The notes under the pieces: generated by a model
Database searches by the model: none
Seen by the model: only the letters and a program-made list of their open reading frames with translations
What the model was told of the DNA's origin: nothing
Translations under genes and position numbers: made by a program
Assembly (NCBI RefSeq): GCF_013149785.1
Contig: NZ_JABEZU010000001.1
Span: 1,612,001 to 1,641,054 of the forward strand
Origin: Isoptericola halotolerans
GTDB taxonomy: Bacteria > Actinomycetota > Actinomycetes > Actinomycetales > Cellulomonadaceae
DNA: 29,054 bases
Direction of reading: 5' to 3'
Shown here: positions 20,761 through 29,054 of the stretch, one piece after another
Layout of the letters: every line of letters starts with the position of its first letter
How positions within the stretch are numbered: the stretch's first letter is position 1

Positions 20761-21692
20761 TGCCCCGCCACTTCCTGCGAGACGACGACCTGACGCCCGC
20801 CGAGCAGCACGAGGTGCTCGAGCTCGCCCTCGCGTTCCGTGAGGACCGCACCGTGCGCACGCCGCTGTCCGGACCGCAGGGCGTCGCGCTGCTGTTCGAC
20901 AAGCCGACGCTGCGCACGCAGCTGTCCTTCGCCACCGGCGTCGCGGAGATGGGGGGATTCCCGACGGTGGTCGACGGCCGGCTCGCCCAGATCGGCGTGC
21001 GCGAGTCCGTCGCCGACGTCACCCGCGTGCTCGACCGCCAGGTGTCCGCGATCGTGTGGCGGACGTTCGGCCAGGACCGCCTCGAGGAGATGGCATCGGT
21101 CTCCCGGGTCCCGGTGATCAACGCGCTCACGGACGACTACCACCCGTGCCAGCTGCTCGCGGACCTCGTGACGATCGCCCAGCACCGGGGCGGTCTGAAC
21201 GACCTGCCGGGTCAGCGGCTGGTCTACGTCGGCGACGCGGCCAACAACATGGCGGCGTCCTACCTGCTGGCCGGCGCGACCGCCGGGCTGCACGTGGTCG
21301 TCTGCGGCCCCCAGGGGTACCTGCCGACCGACGACGTCGTCGCCCGGGCCGGGAGGATCGCGGCCACGACGGGCGGCTCGGTCGCCGTCACCACCGACCC
21401 GCGTGCCGCCGTCGTCGGCGCCGACGTCGTCGTGACCGACACCTGGGTCTCCATGGGCGACGAGGAGTCGGCCGCGCAGCGGGTCACCGACCTGCTGCCG
21501 TACCAGGTCACGCCCGACCTCATGGCGGAGGCGAAGGACGACGCGATCTTCCTGCACTGCCTGCCCGCCTACCGGGGCAAGGAGGTCGCCGCCGAGGTCA
21601 TCGACGGCCCGCGGTCCGTCGTCTGGGACGAGGCCGAGAACCGCCTGCACGCCCAGAAGGCGATCCTGACGTTCCTCCTGGAGCAGCGATGA
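20760..21692 (+). CDS. argF: Ornithine carbamoyltransferase
   Basis: [45 protein letters not shown]; operon context. The CP-binding motif reads PTLRT rather than STRT. Confidence 0.94.
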   Translation: MPRHFLRDDDLTPAEQHEVLELALAFREDRTVRTPLSGPQGVALLFDKPTLRTQLSFATGVAEMGGFPTVVDGRLAQIGVRESVADVTRVLDRQVSAIVWRTFGQDRLEEMASVSRVPVINALTDDYHPCQLLADLVTIAQHRGGLNDLPGQRLVYVGDAANNMAASYLLAGATAGLHVVVCGPQGYLPTDDVVARAGRIAATTGGSVAVTTDPRAAVVGADVVVTDTWVSMGDEESAAQRVTDLLPYQVTPDLMAEAKDDAIFLHCLPAYRGKEVAAEVIDGPRSVVWDEAENRLHAQKAILTFLLEQR

Positions 21693-22222
21693 CCGCCTCC
21701 GGACCCGGGCCGCTGACCACCAAGGCGGCGCGGCACGCCCGCATCGTGGAGATCGTGCGCCGCACCGCGATCCACTCGCAGGCCGAGCTCGCCCGTGAGC
21801 TGGCTGACGAAGGCCTCTCCGTCACCCAGGGCACGCTCTCGCGCGACCTCATCGAGCTGAGGGCCGAGAAGGTGCGCAGCGACTCCGGCGCCCTGGTGTA
21901 CGCGGTGCCCGGCGAGGGTGGGGACCGGAGCGTGCGGGCCGCCGGCGTCGGCGGGCACGACGACGGGTACCTCGCCGCCCGCCTGGCGCGGCTCTGCGCA
22001 GACCTGCTGGTCTCGGCCGAGGCCTCGGGCAACCAGGTGGTGCTGCGCACCCCACCGGGGGCCGCGAACTACCTGGCCTCCGCCATCGACCACTCCGTCT
22101 TCCCCGGGGTCCTCGGCTGCATCGCCGGGGACGACACGATCCTCGTGATCGCCCGGGACCCCGCGGGCGGCGACGAGCTCGCCGCCCGGTTCCTCGAGCT
22201 CACCGCGTCACCGGACGCCTGA
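21689..22222 (+). CDS. argR: Arginine repressor
   Basis: [33 protein letters not shown] overlap with argF. Confidence 0.96.
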   Translation: MTASGPGPLTTKAARHARIVEIVRRTAIHSQAELARELADEGLSVTQGTLSRDLIELRAEKVRSDSGALVYAVPGEGGDRSVRAAGVGGHDDGYLAARLARLCADLLVSAEASGNQVVLRTPPGAANYLASAIDHSVFPGVLGCIAGDDTILVIARDPAGGDELAARFLELTASPDA

Positions 22223-22266
22223 GCCTGCCAGACTCGACACCCACCGCACAGCAAGGAAGAACACTC

Positions 22267-24969
<2,703 letters not shown>

Positions 24970-24972
24970 CCG

Positions 24973-25584
24973 ATGAGCGTCGGTCCTGACGTGCTCGCCG
25001 CCGTCGTGCGGAGAGTGCGTGCGGCACCGCCGCGCCTGCCTGGGCCGGGGGTGCCGCCGCCGTGGCGGCGCACCCGGCTCGTGTGCGTGGACGGGCCCGC
25101 CGGGTCCGGCAAGACGACGCTCGCGACACAGCTCGCGGTCGAGCTGGACTGCCAGGTCGTGCACATGGACGACCTGTACGAAGGGTGGCAGGACGGGCCC
25201 GGCGGCGGTGCGGCCCGGCTGGGCGAGTGGGTGCTCGCTCCGCTCGCGAGCGGCCGACCGGGGGAGTACCGGCGGTACGACTGGATGACGGCAGCCCGGG
25301 CCGAGCGACACCTGGTGCCGCCGGCCCCCAGCCTGGTCGTCGAGGGTTGCGGCGCGGCCGCCCGGCAGGTGGACGCCTGGACCGCACTGCGGATCTGGGT
25401 GGAGGCCGCGGACGCCGAGAGGCTGCGACGCGGCCTGGCGCGGGACGGTGAGGCCGCGCGACCGCACTGGTTGCGGTGGATGGAGGACGAGGCGGCCCAC
25501 TACGCTGCCGAGCAGACGCGCGAGCGCGCCGACGTCCGTCTGGACGGCTTCGGTCGGATCCGCGCGTCCCAGGAGGTCCGATGA
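24973..25584 (+). CDS. P-loop NTPase, uridine/nucleoside kinase-like
   Basis: Walker A DGPAGSGKTT, HMDDLYEGW, YRRYDW, VVEGCG, RDG; substrate unknown. Confidence 0.8.
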   Translation: MSVGPDVLAAVVRRVRAAPPRLPGPGVPPPWRRTRLVCVDGPAGSGKTTLATQLAVELDCQVVHMDDLYEGWQDGPGGGAARLGEWVLAPLASGRPGEYRRYDWMTAARAERHLVPPAPSLVVEGCGAAARQVDAWTALRIWVEAADAERLRRGLARDGEAARPHWLRWMEDEAAHYAAEQTRERADVRLDGFGRIRASQEVR

Positions 25585-26258
25585 GCGTCACGTCAGGGCA
25601 GGCGGGCGATGTCGCCGCCGACGCGTGGCGCGTCCCGGGCGCTTCCTGGTATGCGAGGTCGGTGCACGACGTCGCCCGTGACCTGCTCGGCGCCTACGTC
25701 GTCCGGCGGCACGGTGACGGGGACGTCGTGCTGCGCCTGACCGAGGTCGAGGCCTACGGGGGACCCGACGATCCGGCGTCGCACGCCTTCCGAGGTCCGT
25801 CGACCCGCAACCGGTCGATGTTCGGCCCGCCGGGCCGGCTCTACGTCTATCGACACCTGGGCCTGCACCACTGCGTGAACCTGGTGTGCGGATCCGTGGG
25901 TGACGCCGGTGCTGTCCTGCTGCGAGCGGGCGAGGTCGTCGAGGGCGCGCCGTTGGCGCGGTCTCGACGGGAGTCGGTCGGAGCGTGCGACTCGGACCGT
26001 CAGATCGCCCGCGGGCCGGCTCGTCTCGCGGTCGCGCTGGCGCTGGACCTGGACGACGACTCCGAGGACGCGACCGAGCCTGCCGGGGTGCTTTCCGTGC
26101 GTCTCCCGGTCGACCCGCTGCCCCGGACCGTCGCGACCGGTCCACGGGTGGGGGTCGGCGGGGACGGCGCGGACCCCGAGCGCTTCGGCTGGCGCTCGTG
26201 GTTGGTCGACGAGCCGACCGTGTCGGCCTACCGCCCGGTCGTCCGACGCTCGCGCTGA
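25581..26258 (+). CDS. mpg: DNA-3-methyladenine glycosylase (AAG/MPG family)
   Basis: ARDLLG, LTEVEAY, DPASHAFRG, MFGPPGRLYVY, AVLLRA, ARGPARL, GPRVG; AGGAGG RBS, ATGA overlap. Confidence 0.93.
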   Translation: MSVTSGQAGDVAADAWRVPGASWYARSVHDVARDLLGAYVVRRHGDGDVVLRLTEVEAYGGPDDPASHAFRGPSTRNRSMFGPPGRLYVYRHLGLHHCVNLVCGSVGDAGAVLLRAGEVVEGAPLARSRRESVGACDSDRQIARGPARLAVALALDLDDDSEDATEPAGVLSVRLPVDPLPRTVATGPRVGVGGDGADPERFGWRSWLVDEPTVSAYRPVVRRSR

Positions 26259-27148
26259 CGCAGCCGGTCGGACTCGGGGGCGCCGGTCGTGGTCGGCGCG
26301 CCGCCAGGTCGTGCACCGACGGCCTCGAGCTCGCGCTCCTCACGGCCGTGCAGCGCCTGGCGCCACTGCGCGAACTCCCGGTCGGCCCGGATCTCGTGCG
26401 GGGCACGCGCGATCATCGCCACCACGACCAGGGCGAGGACCGAGACCGTGAGCACGACCACGAGCGGCCCGACGAGCTCCTGGGTCGTCAGGCCGTCGAC
26501 GGGTGCAGTCGTGTGACCCGCGTGATCGGCCACGTCCATGGCGGCCATGCCGGTGTAGTGCATCCCGGAGACGGCGAGCGCCATCACGGCGGCCGCCAGG
26601 ATGCCGCCCAGCGCGGACCGGACGGTGTACGTGAGCCACAGCCCTGCCGTCGCTGCGACCACACCGATCAGGACGGACAGGGCGACCAGGCCCCCGTCGT
26701 AGCGGATCGCGACCTCCGTGTGCATGGCGTGCATGCCGAGGTAGTGCATGCTCGCCACGCCGAGACCGGTGACGGTGCCACCGGTCAGGACGGCCGCAGG
26801 TCGTCCCGAACCTCGGTCGACGATGAAGAGGCCACCAGCGACGACGAGCACGGCGAGCCCCACGCTGGCGATCGTCAGGGGAAGGTCGTACCGGATCTCC
26901 ATGCTCGAGACGGTGAACCCCAGCATGGCGACGAAGTGCATCACCCAGATGCCGATGCCTCCGATCGCCAGGGCACCCATCCAGAGCCAGAGGCGTCGGG
27001 CACGCCCGTCGTAGAGCCGGCTTCGCGCCGTGGCCGAGAGTCCGATGGCGCATCCGACGAAGGAGAGCCCGAAGGAGAGCACGGGGGTCAGGAGGCCGTA
27101 GGTGAAGTGGGATATCAAGGGTTCCTCGACGATGTAGGGCGCTAACAT
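26228..27148 (-). CDS. Stand-alone MHYT-domain membrane protein
   Basis: Three repeats IWVMHF, SMHYLGM and GMHYTGM within TM helices; no output domain; start uncertain. Confidence 0.87.
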   Translation of the reverse strand: MLAPYIVEEPLISHFTYGLLTPVLSFGLSFVGCAIGLSATARSRLYDGRARRLWLWMGALAIGGIGIWVMHFVAMLGFTVSSMEIRYDLPLTIASVGLAVLVVAGGLFIVDRGSGRPAAVLTGGTVTGLGVASMHYLGMHAMHTEVAIRYDGGLVALSVLIGVVAATAGLWLTYTVRSALGGILAAAVMALAVSGMHYTGMAAMDVADHAGHTTAPVDGLTTQELVGPLVVVLTVSVLALVVVAMIARAPHEIRADREFAQWRQALHGREERELEAVGARPGGAPTTTGAPESDRLRQRERRTTGR

Positions 27149-27262
27149 TCCCAGGCAAGGTAAGCCTCACTTCACTGATATGGCAACGTTTTTCACCCGC
27201 GGCGTCGTGCACACTAGGGAGGCGGCCCGCCCGGGCCCAGGACCCATCCGAAGGAGTACACC

Positions 27263-28522
27263 GTGATCGACGTTCTCGACGAGCTGCACTGGCGCGGCCT
27301 GGTGGCGCAGTCCACCGACGAGGCTGCGCTGCGAGAGGCACTCTCGAACGGGCCGATCGCGTACTACTGCGGCTTCGACCCGACGGCGCCGAGCCTGCAC
27401 CACGGCCATCTGGTCCAGCTCATCGTGCTGAGTCACCTGCAGCGCGCCGGACACCGTGCGGTCGCACTGGTGGGTGGCGCGACAGGGATGATCGGCGACC
27501 CTCGCCAGTCGGGCGAGCGGGTGCTGAACACCAAGGAGACGGTCGCCGAGTGGACCGGACGGCTCCAGGCACAGATCTCTCGGTTCCTGGACTTCGAGGG
27601 CGACAACCCGGCGGTCATGGTCAACAACCTCGACTGGATCCAGGGGATGTCGGCGATCGACTTCCTGCGGGACGTGGGCAAGCACTACCGCCTGGGCACG
27701 ATGCTCGCCAAGGACACCGTCGCGCGCCGTCTGCGGTCCGACGAGGGCATCAGCTTCACGGAGTTCAGCTACCAGATCCTGCAGGGCATCGACTTCCTGG
27801 AGCTGTTCCGCCGTCATGGCGTGACGCTGCAGACCGGAGGCAACGACCAGTGGGGGAACCTGCTCTCCGGGGTCGAGCTCGTGCGTCGGACCGAGGGTGA
27901 GGTCGTCCACGTGCTGACGACCCCGTTGATCACCAAGGCGGACGGGACCAAGTTCGGCAAGACCGAGGGCGGTGCGGTCTGGCTGGCGCCCGACATGATG
28001 AGTCCCTACGCCTTCTACCAGTACTGGCTGAACGCCGCGGACGCCGACGTCGTGAGCTGGCTGAAGATCTTCACCTTCCGATCGCGCGAGGAGATCGAGG
28101 ATCTCGCCGTCGCGGTCCGTGAGCGTCCCGGTGCCCGCGAGGCGCAGCGCACGCTGGCCGCCGACGTGACCACGCTGGTCCACGGGCAGGAGGCGACGGA
28201 CGCGGTCATCGCGGCGAGCCAGGCCCTCTTCGGTCGCGGTGAGCTCGCCGGGCTCGATGCCACGACCCTCGACGCTGCCACGGCCGAGCTTCCCCGCGTG
28301 GATGTCACGGTCGGTACCCCGGTGCTCGACGCCCTGGTCGACAGCGGTCTCGTGCCGTCGCGCGCCGCCGGCCGGCGAGCGATGGCGGACGGTGGCGCGT
28401 ACGTCAACAACGTCAAGGTCGAGGCAGAGGACGCGGTGCTGCAGGCCCAGGACCTGCTCCACGGGCGCTTCGTCCTGCTGCGACGTGGCAAGAAGACGCT
28501 CGCGGTCGCCGTCGCCCAGTGA
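27263..28522 (+). CDS. tyrS: Tyrosine--tRNA ligase
   Basis: YCGFDPTAPSLHHGH, GGATGMIGDP, EFSYQILQG, QTGGNDQWGN, KFGKT, C-terminal S4-like LRRGKK; AAGGAG RBS. Confidence 0.98.
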   Translation: MIDVLDELHWRGLVAQSTDEAALREALSNGPIAYYCGFDPTAPSLHHGHLVQLIVLSHLQRAGHRAVALVGGATGMIGDPRQSGERVLNTKETVAEWTGRLQAQISRFLDFEGDNPAVMVNNLDWIQGMSAIDFLRDVGKHYRLGTMLAKDTVARRLRSDEGISFTEFSYQILQGIDFLELFRRHGVTLQTGGNDQWGNLLSGVELVRRTEGEVVHVLTTPLITKADGTKFGKTEGGAVWLAPDMMSPYAFYQYWLNAADADVVSWLKIFTFRSREEIEDLAVAVRERPGAREAQRTLAADVTTLVHGQEATDAVIAASQALFGRGELAGLDATTLDAATAELPRVDVTVGTPVLDALVDSGLVPSRAAGRRAMADGGAYVNNVKVEAEDAVLQAQDLLHGRFVLLRRGKKTLAVAVAQ

Positions 28523-28527
28523 CGATC

Positions 28528-28568
28528 CAGCCCCTGGCCTGCGGATTTGGCACCGCGGCCAGGGGCTG
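28528..28568 (+). terminator. 16-bp stem-loop after tyrS, overlapping an rrn promoter
   Basis: CAGCCCCTGGCC-T-GCGG-ATTTGGCA-CCGC-GGCCAGGGGCTG. Confidence 0.6.
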
Positions 28569-28576
28569 TGTAATGT
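28547..28576 (+). promoter_or_regulatory. rRNA operon promoter (upstream)
   Basis: TTGGCA-18 nt-TAATGT. Confidence 0.65.
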
Positions 28577-28743
28577 TCTGGTTGTTCGCCCGACAGGGAG
28601 GCACGGACACCGAGGAGACGGCCTGAGGCCGGGTACCGGTGGCCGATCCCGAGGCGGACGACCTCGGACCTTCGGATCAGGTACAGTTGTGTGCCCGGTC
28701 AGTCGAGGGCCCGATGGGTCTCAGGATGTCCAGCGCAGCGCGG

Positions 28744-28772
28744 TGGACAGCGGAGATCGGATCGGGTAAGGT
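28744..28772 (+). promoter_or_regulatory. rRNA operon promoter (downstream)
   Basis: TGGACA-17 nt-TAAGGT followed by GTTGCCCC. Confidence 0.65.
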
Positions 28773-28833
28773 TGAAGGGTTGCCCCGGATGGGGCCGGAG
28801 CGGTTGTTCCGGTGCTGGATGGTGTGCGTCGGT

Positions 28834-28852
28834 TGTTTGAGAACTCAACAGT
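28834..28852 (+). promoter_or_regulatory. rrn leader boxA / conserved leader element
   Basis: TGTTTGAGAACTCAACAGT, typical of actinobacterial rrn leaders. Confidence 0.75.
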
Positions 28853-28986
28853 GTGCTTGATAGTCAATGCCAAATTTTGAACCTTTTTGGTTCCTTTGGA
28901 CTGGATTGAACAGCTAGTCTGTTTGGTCTGGCCAGTATCGATTGGCGACTGGTGGCCCTTTGGGGGTCGTTGGTTGTTTTCTCTCT

Positions 28987-29054
28987 TTTACGGAGAGTTT
29001 GATCCTGGCTCAGGACGAACGCTGGCGGCGTGCTTAACACATGCAAGTCGAACG
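28987..29054 (+). rRNA. rrs: 16S rRNA, 5' end (partial)
   Basis: AGAGTTTGATCCTGGCTCAGGACGAACGCTGGCGGCGTGCTTAACACATGCAAGTCGAACG from 28994; the exact mature 5' end is approximate. Confidence 0.99.

Noticed and set aside
27398..27409. TyrRS HIGH motif reads HHGH
   Set aside because: The second position of HIGH is variable; the His and Gly residues are retained.
28580..28980. Small ORFs or a tRNA in the region before 16S
   Set aside because: Explained as rrn promoters and leader; no cloverleaf or TTC loop found, and no credible coding signal.

Overview
High-GC actinobacterial chromosome segment, Micrococcales-like by gene order and protein style; the genus cannot be fixed from this window. It follows the conserved backbone DUF1844 / infC-rpmI-rplT / TrmH methyltransferase / pheST / argCJBDFRGH / mpg / tyrS / rRNA operon, with the 16S 5' end at the right edge. 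Two variable inserts interrupt it. The first is a fur-catalase operon between the DUF1844 gene and infC. The second is a ~6.6 kb accessory block between pheT and argC (SDR, LLM oxidoreductase, tam, two-component pair plus DUF2306, quinone oxidoreductase, GNAT). I see no mobile element, CRISPR array, prophage or defence system, and I cannot support a wholly new system here. The most interesting signals are regulatory: an L20-leader-like switchable RNA and an ATC start at infC, tandem TamR-type operators at tam with no adjacent tamR, a palindromic Fur operator, many leaderless promoters, and an rrn promoter embedded in a hairpin. ArgF also has a non-canonical active-site motif.
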